From NCBI GenBank assembly GCA_023515725.1, contig JALDTO010000235.1, positions 480,371-544,370 on the forward strand: DNA of 64,000 bases, given 5' to 3'. The translations under genes and the position numbers were made by a program. Within the stretch, counting starts at the first letter, position 1. Every line of letters begins with the position of its first letter. The notes under the pieces were generated by a model, which made no database searches, was not told where the DNA came from, and saw only the letters and a program-made list of their open reading frames with translations. Positions 27,987 to 40,668 of this stretch are shown here, in pieces. The stretch is from Amoeboaphelidium protococcarum X5. Lineage: Eukaryota; Fungi; Aphelidiomycota.

Positions 27987-29231
27987 TCAATCACTTATCA
28001 AACCTTTGGCAATGATGGACTTCATAATCTCATTAGTTCCCTCCAGAATTCTATGAACACGTAAATCTCTAACGTACTATTGCACCTTGTAGTCTTTCAG
28101 ATATCCATATCCGCCATGAAGTTACAAGGCTTAATCACAAATCTGGAAACACTCCTCGGTGGCAAACTACTTGGCCATGGCGCAGTATGATGGTGCAGCT
28201 GGACTATTGGCATCCAGTTGACGTGCAGCCAGTCTCACCATTTCCCTGCTGGCTGTCAATCTAGTGGACATATCAGCCAATTTAAATTAAACATCCTGGA
28301 AGTTGGATAGTGCCTGGCCAAACTGCTTCCTATCTTTAACATACTACACCGTCTATTACAGAGCCGCGTGGGCACCACCAAGAGAACAAGATGCAATATT
28401 AATTCTGCCTCCATTCAGACCACGCATTGCAATCTTGAATCCTTCACCTTCTGCACCCAGTCGATTTTCCACCGGCACTTTGACATCCTCCATAATCACG
28501 GCCCTGGTAGGCTGCGAGGACCATCCCAACTTGGCCTCCTTCTTGCCAAACTATAAACCATCCATTCCGCGTTCAAGTAGTAGAGCGCTGATACCCTTTG
28601 GACCGGCAGCACCAGTCCTGGCCATCACAATATACAGATCAGTATCACCCGCACCGCTGATAAAAGCCTTTGAACCATTGACCACGTAATACTTTCCATC
28701 CTCGCTCAATTTTGCGCCGGTAGACAGATTACCAGCATCAGAGCCAGCGCCACTTTCAGTCAAGCAGTATGATCCTAGAATGTCCATGTTTGATAGTCGC
28801 TAACAATACCTCGCTCTCTACTCCTCACTGCCAAACTGATCCACCATCCAATTGACCATGTTATGAATACTCAAGTACGCCGTAGTACTTACACAGCCAC
28901 TACTAAGAGCCTCAAACACCACGCTAGACTACAGGCGAGATAACTGCATTCCACCGACATCTTCCCTCACGTACAATCCACCAAATCCCAACTCAGCCAT
29001 CTCTTTCAATTTATCCACGGGGAATATCTCCTTCTCATCCCACTCCTGCATATGTGGTAGTAGGGACTTTTAAGCATAATCATAAGCCAGCTATTAAATC
29101 TCCTTCTCATCCTCACTCAATCCAACAGACATATCTATGCCAGCTAAACTAGAGAACGATACTCTTGATTACAACAACAATGTAGAAGCTTTCACTAACG
29201 GAACATTAACTCTAGATACTCTCGACAGCAT
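27987..29231 (-). CDS. ACAD8: Isobutyryl-CoA dehydrogenase-like acyl-CoA dehydrogenase
   Basis: [61 protein letters not shown]. Confidence 0.9.
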
Positions 29232-29535
29232 TTTATGGAGATCGCTATACTGATTCTAATAAGACCTTTAATTAAAAATTCCAAGCGAATGTAGAGTACG
29301 TAAAGATAAGGTCCAAGTGTAAAAGATAGTTTTATTACTACTCTGTATGATTAACTGTATTGCGAATCTGAAGAGAAAGAAGACGACGGTGAGAAATTTC
29401 CTCTTCAAACAAAGCTTTATCAAAGCGGCGGCTTTCGTCTTTCGAATCTTGTTAGGTTTTTTTATCTGGATTTCGCTAATCATCATCAGAGTATTTATTA
29501 AATATCGATTTAGTATTTCGGTGAATCTTACGGAC

Positions 29536-30853
29536 ATGATGATGCGATTAGCATAGAATAAAATTGGCTTTTAGAAGCATTTAACTATCATACGAAGTGC
29601 TAGTGGGAATGCGCAATAAAAATCATAGAACGCGTCAGGATCTCAACTCAAGCAGGTACGCTCCCATTTGTATTTTATATCGCTGCGACTAGCAAGTATG
29701 ACAATCGATGTATCATTAACGTGTGTAGGAAGTTGAAGTGACCATTCCTAAATTACCGCGCGAATCTATATATCTGCCATAGAATCCTGTATCTTTAAAG
29801 TAGCTGGATATAGATTCGATTTAGGATCACGCGTCTTTAAATCAGGTATTCGCTCTCGGCACACAGAGTCCTTTGAGTGGATGGAAAAGTGATCAGGGAA
29901 AGTCGCTATCACAGTGGTCAATGGCTGCGAATTTATTTGGCATGAACCCTGGTATCAGAAATTATATTGAAGCATCTAAGAGTAGTGGTTTCCTATGGAG
30001 AAAGTGTGGCGCTAGTGCCGTAGAACGCGTCATCAAAGAGGGTAAAAATGTGATTCTTCATGGTCCGTCTAATAGTGGTAAGAGTGTTGTTCTTGCATAG
30101 ATTATGCACGCTCTGTAATTGAATACTTCGCGTCCGCCAATCTTAATTCATATTGCAAATCTATAAAAGATTGTGGACGGCTCATATGCGTATCAGTTGA
30201 ATGAAGATACTTTGCTTTGGGATCAGCCCGAGTTTTAGAATTATTTTAATCAATACTTTGTCTAGCTTAATCAGCGATCATTACAAGGATTGAAGTTGAA
30301 TACGGAATGGAAGTCAACCTCCAAGTCTTTTGGTCCTGACACTCTGGTACGAGATGCTCTAATGAATTCTGGTAAAGATTCGTGGATGTTTACCAAGTAG
30401 CTTTTGGAGAGGTTGGCTGTCGAGTCCGATTAGAAAGTCGTTGTTCTGGTTGATGGTGTGAATGCTCTCGGTCAGTTTACGCGTTACTCTGATTAGAATG
30501 GCTTAAAGCTTAAGGGTGACCAGCTGACTCTGTTATCATGTATCTAGCGTATATTCAGCGGTGACTTGAAGTTGTAAAATGGTTAGCTTATTGGTGCCTC
30601 GACTGGATTTATGCTTAGAAAATTGGACAGTGATCAAGTATAGACACTTGGTTCTGATTTTGAGTAAATTTAGGTGCCCAACTATGACTTGGCAGAGTTA
30701 CAGGCAATGCTTAAGCACTTGATGCGAACTAATCTATTGCCTGCAGATGGTGGCGCTGGATCTGTTGATGCTCGTAGAATAATGTTCATGACTGGCGGCA
30801 ATCCTAGTCAAGTGCTTAAGTATTGTATCGAGCGGCCTCTATTTTAGAGTTGA
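29536..30853 (+). CDS. DAP3: Mitochondrial small-subunit ribosomal protein mS29 (DAP3/Rsm23)
   Basis: Presequence-like start, intron 29656-29728, P-loop GPSNSGKS, VLVDGVN, VPNYDLAE, MTGGNP. Confidence 0.8.
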
Positions 30854-31007
30854 TATAGTAGAAGAATATTATTAAGACGTGAAGCGTGGAAGAATATAGA
30901 AAGAGAGTTCATTTCGACATTACAATAAAACTTGTTCCCTACCAAGAGTCACATTTATAAAATACACACCACCAGCGACCGGCCGAGAGAGCATGTTTTT
31001 AACACAA

Positions 31008-32328
31008 TCATTTTCCACTCCGTTTAGATGCCGCAGCTTATCTCTATACCGCCATCTCAATCTCCCTCTCCTCAGCGTCCAGCTATTTACGCTCCGCCTC
31101 CAATTCGGCCAATAACTCTCGCTCCTTCTTCAGTATACTCTCCTCCTTGGCTTTCAACTCTGACTCCTTCTCCTTGACTTTCTAGAAGAAGGCCATCCTC
31201 ATCTCCTCCTCCTTCTTGGACATTTCCATCTGATAACGCTTTTTGGTATCCATAATCTAATCTTCAAACTCTTCGTCAGACTTTAAAAGAGACACTGGGC
31301 GTCCGAGAGCTCGCAACTTACCCATTCTATAATTGAAATAGTGCACTGATGATGTGGTCTCTGTCAAATCATGCAGGCAGCTGGACAGCAGTAATTATCT
31401 AAGTTGAACAAAATCACAATTGGTCTCATTCTCAACTTCTACTACGCCCCATTTATATTTGCGAGCACGCACTTGCTTACCATTACTGGATTAGACTACC
31501 TGATTAGCTCCAATGACTGCGAACGGAAGTAAATCCTCAAATCCAACAACCTCTTCACGATCATCACAGAAAGACTTTGGATAAACTTTAACATCATACT
31601 TGTCCAGCTTCTCCATAATCACAGTCTTCAAAGTCTACCTCTCCTCAACAGTGAGTGTATCTGCTTTGGCAATAACAGGAATGACATTTGCTTTGGTTGA
31701 CAGCACCTTCAGACAATGGAAATCCAGTTCTTTGATACTGTGACAATGAGGTGAGATAAAGTATAGCAGAGCGTGGACTCGATTGTCGTTTGGCTTGTAC
31801 CTGAAGACGCCCTGAGACTCTCTTTAGTGAAAGATTTCAAACTACTTTTCCAAGTAAGATACAATAGGCTACAGATCCTGTTCTCTATTCAACGCATCGC
31901 CAAATCCAGGACAATCAATTAATCCAAGCTTTAGTTTAACTCCATTCTCCTCCAACTCAAATACATGATTTTCAATATGAGTAGTTTTATTTACAATCTT
32001 CATCGGTTATTGTTAGAGGAGGTCAGTAGAGAATAGAGTGTTTATGAATGTGCTCTTACCAAGTCCACTCTCACCCACCACCATGATGTTGAATGAATAA
32101 GACTTTCCTTTGAGTGCCAGTCTCACAAACTGCTGTCCAACCTCTTTCACACCCATATCTTTATGCGCCTGCAGTTGGAACTGTACAGGCACCGTCTTGA
32201 AAGGATCAGCATCAACAAACGCAGCTTTCGACTGCAATGCATACTCCTACACAATTAAGAATCCAGCAAAACTAACTCAAAAATAGGTAAATTCTTTATT
32301 TTAAATAATGTAAACTTACTAAAGGCAT
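31008..32328 (-). CDS. Septin GTPase with C-terminal coiled coil
   Basis: [65 protein letters not shown]; micro first exon plus intron. Confidence 0.95.
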
Positions 32329-32749
32329 TGTATATAGAAATTAAAGTTGAATGAATAATAATTATCTCAAAGAGTTGAGTAGAGTAGTCCTTGGTGAAAG
32401 AAGATTTTGGAGACGACGATTGAAACGGAAGAAAACACAGCGCGGCGCTTCATTACGATGAGATCAAACTAAGCTTCTATACGATCATTGACGCTTCAAT
32501 CGATTGAAACTGTCACTTAATCTTTATTATTGTCATTATTTATGGCGCAAATTAGTAAATAAAAAGGAAGCTGAAACGTCCGCAGTGCAGTATACCCATT
32601 CTCGCAATTCGCTGGTGAAAGTGTAACGAATTACACAAAAAATAGACTGAGGGCAATCTATTGTATTAGGAAAATTCAAAACTTAAAGCAGACATACGAA
32701 TAAAAAATATTTATTAATGGAAGCCGTTTACATAAACAACTGTCCGCGT

Positions 32750-34061
32750 CACCCACTTTTCGGTATTTATTGGCGCGCTTGGGGAAAGATACGTAGAGCT
32801 TGCTGTCTTGAGTCCATCAGTCAGTAACAGCATTTGCGAGCCAGAGCCTGAACAGCTTAAGAAACGTCCATCCTAATAAGCCCAGCCTTAAAATCTCACA
32901 GCCAATTATAATTCGTAATTCTTTTCCACATACTGTTCCCAATGAGGTCATATTCAAATCTTGTTAATAATATAGGAAGCATCTTTGTGCGCAGACAGAA
33001 TTCTGGATCTCCTACGCGTGTAATACAAATATATCATCTTGATCATACCGAGATGCATGGTATGGAGAAGATCAATTGGAAAAGCAGAACAGCAATCAAA
33101 TCCAGGTAATTTCATTTTTTATCAATAGCGCAATTAAAGACTACTGGCAGATTTGGGAAATACTTGACCAGAGATCCATTATAGTAGCATTTCTTGACAT
33201 TCCCTTTGTTGGACTTTCCTATCAGATCTGGCATTCCAACTACTCCTGGATCCTCGGCGATCCATTAGCCTGCTTCATAGTCGTAAATATGGACCCCCAG
33301 ACTGCTTTATAAAGAGCGTGTATTTCTAATGACACGCTACGGTGACACCTTGGAAATGTTGTCAAACTGACGGAACTCAATCTATTCTTCAGGTAAACGT
33401 ATTAAAATAAACGTGACACCAAAGACGCACTTAAATTCACCACCGGGGAAGCACTTCTATCGGACTCTGAATCGGAATCAGCTCTCACCACCCTCATCAT
33501 CTCATTGTTCCACTAACCGTATCCTTAGTAACCATTAGGATTGACTAGTTTAGCATAGGCCCGCTCTTTTGCAGCCAGAACAGCCTCCATCTGCTCAGCC
33601 GGGATGCGGCCTCTATCCAAGGATCCCAATGGCGTACCAAGAATCCATGGCTGCATATCATTGGGATTAACTCCTGCCCGAATCAAATACTACAAGACGC
33701 TGCGGCAACGATCTTTTAACTACCCAGGAGTACGGTGCGCCAGACCAGCAAAATCAGGATCTTGCAGAATTACAGACCAGCTAGAGGGACCATTTCTCTG
33801 CATACCACGCCTCAGCAATCTTGTTTCATGAGGTGCACGTGGTGTACTGTTTAAGGGTCAATTTTCAATCTATTTACCATTAACTCAACCATTGACTGCA
33901 CATTCAGGTTTCTATTATTCAACTTGCACTCAATACAGAACCAAGAGCTTTAAGCGTATAACCAGGTTTTATACGACGTCCAATGACAATCTTCTCTTCA
34001 GTGCCCAGCCTCACTAGGACACATTGCACTATGCAATGGATAAAACATCATTCACTTTCAT
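32750..34061 (-). mobile_element. Degenerate element: telobox-type Myb remnant plus CMC/CACTA-like transposase motif, broken by TGA and frameshifts
   Basis: ETRLLRRGMQRNGPSSWSVILQDPDFAGLAHRTPGQLKDRCRS (about 33706-33830); LPGFDCCSAFPIDLLHTMHLGMIK (33038-33115); several in-frame TGA; boundaries approximate. Confidence 0.5.
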
Positions 34062-34858
34062 GGGAAGGAAAAGACAGTGGCGATTAACGCGAGATGTGTC
34101 TAATATTATAGAGTAAGAAGCACATCGAAATGTGGCGTAATGGCATGAGATTTGCAGTAAATGATAAAACGTCGTTGCTTTACTGAAGACAGGCATAATA
34201 ACTATACATGCAGTAATTTGATAGCCATGCGTATACTTTCTAAAACTTCCGAAAAGTTTGTACGATTAGTTAATCCAAGGTGGCGAACAACACACAAGCG
34301 GTGCAAGTAGTGTCTTGCTAATTTAACGAATGACTTGAATGGCACCGTTCGTGTACAAAATATGTCGATGATAACAAGTGGATAAATGCAATCATTATTA
34401 TATTTCAAATTGAAACAATTATTACCATGACTTAAATCTCAGACCGCGATTGCAGAACTTTTAAGAAAAATACTGTTGGTTAGTGAGTATGAACTGAAAC
34501 CACGACGTAATATTCAAGCAGCTACGTTCTATAGGTGACCACTGAACTAAGTCCACGATGATAACAGAGAATATTAAAGTAGACATTTAAAGCGTTAAGA
34601 GATGCGCCAAATACTCATTAATCTCATAAAATCTTTGAAAAGTGTGGCTTCGTTAAATTTTGACGCCCGATTTTAAGGGGAGAGATCGGCTATGTAACAA
34701 CGATCCATCTCAAAACGGAGATTAAATCGCTTAACAGTTGAGTCACCTAAGCCTCTAAAGTCTAATTGGCCTTCAATTTAACGATTGCTCTTCTTATTAA
34801 GATCTGTCAGGTATTGGGAGAGTGCTAGAAACTCGCTTGACACTTTTCACATTTGATA

Positions 34859-35827
34859 ATGATGATTGCTAATACTCTTATGCTATTCGCTCTGTTAGCT
34901 CTAGGGACAGGTTGCCTCCCTTCCGATCTCATCAATGACTAATCTGCGGAAGAAGCGCATGGTCAACTGAACTTCAATATTGAGCCGATCAATTCGTCCG
35001 ATAGCCGTTTGATATCATTGCTTGATGTAAACTTTAATTACAATCTAAGTCTGGCCTATGACTGTTTGCAAAAAGTTACGCTTCATTTGATTTAGAAGGG
35101 AGATCGTCGAGCTGAGTTTGCTATCACTTACCTCGCTGTTACTCAAGAGACGCTCAAGCATCTGTAGCCGGACACTGCTGGTGATGCCAAATACAAGTTT
35201 AGCAATTCGACGTGGGTTGGTCAGTATATGGCTGTGTTTGCTGATTTGTATCGAAAGGCGCTTTTGAATTGGGAAATCGGTCAACACCATCTTGTGCCTC
35301 TGCCGTGGCAAAGTCATTTTAAAGTGTTCAATCATCCAGAAACGTTGATTGCTCAGAACCTTTACTGGGGCGTCAATGCGCACGTCAATCACGATCTGGC
35401 GTATGCTGTACGAGATGCTGTCCAAATCCCCGTTGATGACGCGTCAAAGTAGCTTTCAGATAACAAGATTATAAACTAAATAATTGCAGATGTGTCTAGT
35501 TAGTTAATGCCGGTCATTATCACCATTTACAAATCATAGTTGGACGTATCAAAGTTTTAGAACATACTAAATTTCTTAAATGATGGCCTTGTTTCAGGAT
35601 GGAGAAATTTGGCTTGGAGACACGGTGTTGCGCTTGCGTCGCCAAGCTGTGGTAAGGCATGCAGAAAGGCGCATGAATTGTCTGTAGAAACACTTTCAAA
35701 TAGCGTCAGCTGGACTGTGAGCAATGCTTTACCTAGCTAGTTGCGGAAACGTCTTAAATTGGCTGAGAGTGAGGATCCGTTGAGACTGCTGTGCAGTTTG
35801 GAACCTTGGGGATACTGTTCTAGATGA
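34859..35827 (+). CDS. Putative secreted DUF5995-like protein, paralog 1
   Basis: Hydrophobic N-terminus MMIANTLMLFALLALGTGC; DRRAEFAITYLAVT, FADLYRKAL, LYWGVNAHVNHDLAYA; intronless. Confidence 0.75.
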
Positions 35828-36055
35828 ACCTACAAATAATTTTAGACAGTAATTTTAATTTAACAAGATTATTGATTACATTTAAAGCGATGATGTTTAC
35901 AATACTAGTTTCAATGTAGTATTTACCCGCTGTTTGGTTCAGTAGACTGCGACTGTGGCGTTAATCACACCGTGAAACAAACCATTTTAGCTGACGTCAT
36001 GTTTTACTTAGATATGACGTTCAACTTATTTACTCAAAGAACCTCGAACATCAAA

Positions 36056-37177
36056 ATGAAATTCACGTATACTTCAATAATTGTGCTATTATTAGTGTTC
36101 AAAACATTGGCAGCTCCGTTACACTATGACCAATTGCTGTTGCAAGATTAGTCCAACTTGAACGATCTTCAGGCTTCCGATCAAGATTACGAGTGGTTAT
36201 AGGATGATGATCAGAACTCTGGTGATGATCAATACATTAAAAATCTTTTGAAAATGATGGAGGCTAACACTGATCTTGTTGATATAGATATGGTGGATGA
36301 TATGACGCCAACTGAATACAGAAGATCAGAAGAGCTTCGTTAGATTGTCGGCAAGTCTGTAAACTACGATGATAATAAGGCGTTTGATATGCTGGTCCAA
36401 CTTAACAAGTACTTTATGCAAGCGCAAGATAATAGAGCTTATTTCTCACAATTGTATGTCGCGATCACTACTAATGCTTTAAAGGCTTTAGATGGCACTC
36501 TACCTTAGAAAGGAATTAGTTTTAAGAATGAGACTTGGGTTAGAATGCTGATAGGAAACTTTGCAGATTACTATCGTCATGCTCTATACCAGTAAGAGTC
36601 TGGCGATTTTGACAAGGTACCGCGTTCTTGGCGTGCTGCTTTTCAGTATGCTCAAACTGATCATCTATCTATTATTCAGCATTTGCTACTCGGTGTAAAT
36701 GCTCATATCAATCATGATTTGGCGTTCTCTGTGAATGATAGTCTACGCTTACATTCTGAACATCACCGTCATGATTATCAGGAGTATAACAAGCTGGTGT
36801 ACATCACAGCGAAGCCATTGATTGAGTCTCTGGTTAAGTTGTATACAAGAGATCTCGTCAAGTTACCGTCTGTTATCACCTCAATTTTGGATAGAATATT
36901 CACGCAATTTTTGGCTTTATGGCGTAATATTGCTTGGCGCCATGGATCCGCATTTGCATCTGTAAGCTTATCGTCAGACACATCTGATAATTCTCATTTC
37001 ATCTGCGGTCATAGATGTCAAGAGAAGCATCGCAGAACGTTGCATCAAGTGGCTGATATATACACGTTCATATTTAAAAGAATATTTTCAGGCCCAGTTT
37101 TGAAACTGATTAAGAGTATTGAAGGCTAATATCCAGTGCAGACGTTCTGCAAGTATAATCCTTGGAAATTGTGTTGA
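36056..37177 (+). CDS. Putative secreted DUF5995-like protein, paralog 2
   Basis: Signal-like MKFTYTSIIVLLLVFKTLA; DNRAYFSQLYVAIT, FADYYRHAL, VPRSWRAAF, LLLGVNAHINHDLAFS; intronless. Confidence 0.78.
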
Positions 37178-37400
37178 ATAGCTTTGTTATAATTTTGTTA
37201 AATTAATTATTGCAACTCTTCTCTTCCATTATAATAGTTATGGTGAACCTGTAATTGAGTCCCATAAGCATTGCCTTCAACTTTTCTACAGAGATCTTTT
37301 GCAGTCTACAAACGCGCGGCAACTCCGTCTGGATTCAATTTTCAGGGCGCTTACTTTATTCCGTCTGCCGCTTGTAAAGTGTTGATATGTCGTAATTATT

Positions 37401-37958
37401 ATGATGTCGATTGATTAGTATGGGGCGTACAATAATTTGAGAAAGCGTTAATGGACAGAGTATAGCTGCGACAGTCATAATACATTGTAAAGAGATTCAA
37501 AGAGGCTCGCTTTGGATTTGTAACAGTTGCAGATCGATGACGGAATAAGGAAATTATAAGAGCCGCCAGTTGTGCCCAGTTAAAGCAATTTGACTGATAT
37601 CGATAGCGCTGACATGGAAGTTGAATGGGCGAAAGATGTTGTGTATATCAGCAATCTGAATAAAGAAATTGAAGAGATTGATAGTGAAGAGTAGAGGCAT
37701 CGCGACTCGTTACGTGAGTAATAGCGGATTCCTATTGAACTTTTGAGAATGGACAAGTAGAAGTTATAGTATGGGCCAACAGTATGCACTGACTTGGTCC
37801 TGTATCGACCAAATCCATACATTGACGCGCTAAATAGCTCTACTCGATCATAAAGTCCGTCTATAAATGAATCTGATCAATGTGAATATCAATGTAATAC
37901 CCTGATCTAGCAAGAGTAAGACTAATAATTATAAAATGAATACATGTAAATTGATTGA
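37401..37958 (+). CDS. Hypothetical protein with conserved-looking short motifs (possibly CCDC117-like)
   Basis: 185 aa under TAR=Q; KDVVYISNLNKEIEEI, IPIELL, DLVLYRP, C-terminal MQID. Confidence 0.5.
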
Positions 37959-37987
37959 ATATAAAAATATCATGCAGTTTAGTTGGA

Positions 37988-38539
37988 TCATTTCTTGGCA
38001 TGCTTGATGAGCCACTGGAGAGTGATGTCAATATTGGTCTGATTCTTGGCAGAGATGGAGTAACAGCTCACCTCACGATTGGCAATACTTTTCAAATCCA
38101 TCTTATCAATCACCTACTCCACTGATAGTGCACCATTCAAATCATTTTTATTTCCCAGTACAAGAAGAGGAATCCCGACAAGCTATGGCTTTGTGATTAA
38201 ATTGTGTAGCTCAGTCTTGGCAGCATCCATCTTACTCACATCTGCAGAGTCCACTACGAATACAATCGCATTCACGCCGCGACAATATCTCTCCCACATC
38301 GACCGGAATCGAGGCTATCCACCGATATCCCATAATTTCATAACTACATTTCCCTTTGTGACTTTTCTCATATTAAATCCTATGGTGGCCATGGTGTCCT
38401 CCGTGAATTCTCCTGATGATAGCACACTCACCAATGTGGTCTTGCCAGAGTTTTACAGTCCAACCAGTGTCAGTTCCATCTCCTACTTAAAGAATAGACT
38501 TCTCAGCCAGTCCATAAAAGCGCGGATTATTGAGGCCAT
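37988..38539 (-). CDS. ARL8: ADP-ribosylation factor-like GTPase 8
   Basis: [18 protein letters not shown](TAA)NSGKTT, WDIGG(TAG)[20 protein letters not shown]. Confidence 0.97.
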
Positions 38540-38755
38540 ATTTATATCAATAATTATTCAAATTTTTAATGGAGTATATTTGTGACCGTTAGATTATTGC
38601 AAGATGGATTAAAAGCAACTTAATTGATAACACCAAAAGAGATCAATTAACGGGGTCGCGTGATTGGAAGAAATTGAAAGAGAAATCGGAATTGGAAGAA
38701 TTGGATCACACGCGTATCATGAATGTCAAATTCTACTGAGAACTGTATATTGATA

Positions 38756-40399
38756 TCAAATGTGATAACATAAGAGAGCTTGAACGAGAGTGATGCATTT
38801 GGAATCTTGAAGCGGTAGAATGTGAGCACTTCTGCCAAGAATATAGTCCAGCTTGGAGCAACATCCAGGTGCATTAAGGGTATTCAGCGGGAAATCTAAA
38901 TCAATCTGAATCAAATTCCTAATGTCACACGCAAGATTATGATGCATCTCTTTCAGCACTTCTTCTACGTGAGATTAAGTAGATTAACCCTTCTTAGAAT
39001 GTTATATCAATGCAGAATGATATGGTACGTAGTTATCTTATGAGGATCCAACACACACGACTTGATGGAAACGTGATAATGATGCACTTGAGCTTAGTTT
39101 ATAGATGAAACTCTATCTCAGATCAGCATGATCGCGCATCCACAACTAGTCTAAGCAACAATTGCTGCCAGTGATTACTCCCATGTATCTCAGTTTGGCC
39201 AATTGCGATAACATTGACAGAGATTAATTCTATAAACCGACCATTCCCAAGTGCGGAGATCCGAATGTTCTCATCTGATACAAGCAATCTTTATACTGTT
39301 CAAGAACCTCCGACTCAACTGCAACTCTTACCACAAGTCCGCCCATAGAGTGACAGACGAATGATAACTTGTTGACCAACAGCAAGTTGTTTGTGATAAA
39401 ATCAACCACTTCTTACGCCAACCTACTGCCCATCAACTCTAGACTCTGTAAGGGATCTTCTGAGTTAGTTTTAGACATCAAATACACGCAATCCTTTTAC
39501 TGTATTGTTTGGAATGGCTCAGCTATCTGAGACATTAAATTTCTGTATAGTCTAAAATCATTCGAGTTTCCCCAAAGGCCATGCACCATTACAATCAGAT
39601 GAGATCCAGATACGCGTTTTTACTCACTTGTACGCAAAGCAGATTAGTTTAGCAGACAGCCAATTGTCACTGGCTATACTGGCTCACCATTTTACCGAAT
39701 TTTGTATTTAATAGAATCTTGGTCTTTCCGAGACTCCTCCAATATGCTCTGTAAGTTTGATATTCGATACTACTATTCCAAGAGCTTGCATTATGCCAAT
39801 TCACCAACATATACAGAATCATCACCACTTGGGACTAAATTACTTGGGCACATCTTTATACAAACTTTTGACATGTAACCAACTTCTTCAAAGTCAAGTT
39901 CCAAGTAAGACGGCGCGTTTTCAATCATAAGAGTCTTGTTACATCTTCCAACACTGTAAAATTAAAAGTCTAAATATTCCAAATCATTTGCAAATCTTCC
40001 ACGTCGTTTGAACAGTCGAGCTCTTACTTATACAGCAGATTAGTGATCACACTGGACAGGCGAATCTAACTACAGGACATCAAATAATTCAACAATCTAT
40101 CGCTCAAACTAAATCTTGAAAACATTGGTCAAATAGATATCATCAGATTTGACGCAAGTATCAGTGACGATGCTTTATTGAGGGTACATTTATCCATGTC
40201 TGACAGAGTTGATTTTCAAGCGTTGAGCATCACTAGTTTAGTCTGAAGTTATACCCATCTGACGATCCACAGCGATTTCCAATCTGTATTAACTACACGC
40301 TTCATTCATATAAAGATCATATGACATTTATCGAGTACTATGAACTTACCCGGCTCTTGTCATGTTAATGTTTTGAAATTTCCATATCGACAACTCCAT
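38756..40399 (-). CDS. FAM135-like DUF676 alpha/beta-hydrolase
   Basis: KFQNINMTRAG-intron; HLIVMVHGLWGNSNDF, SFVCHSMGG, SPHLG, SSQDNYVPYHSA, LGRSAHI; start approximate. Confidence 0.82.
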
Positions 40400-40668
40400 A
40401 CTTTTTGCTTATTGTATATCTATCTGATACTCTATTCAGAACGCAATAAAAAGGTTGATGACACCTCCATGGCAACCATAAAAGATGGAGCCTGATTGAA
40501 TTCACAGTTAGTATCCAAGGTGCGTGATCAAAGCGCAATGAAATCTCAGTACATTAATCATCTCTTAGCAGTCTCTATCCATGCATCCGAGTCAATTTAA
40601 AAAGAGAATAATTACTTGTAAATGGTATGATCAATTAAGCGAATTTATTGATTTACACGAGCAGGAGA

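Noticed and set aside
34430-34856. About 100-codon open stretch upstream of DUF5995 paralog 1
   Set aside because: No clear start, an upstream TGA and no motifs; long open frames arise by chance with a single stop codon
38079-38585. 168-aa plus-strand ORF
   Set aside because: Antisense shadow of ARL8
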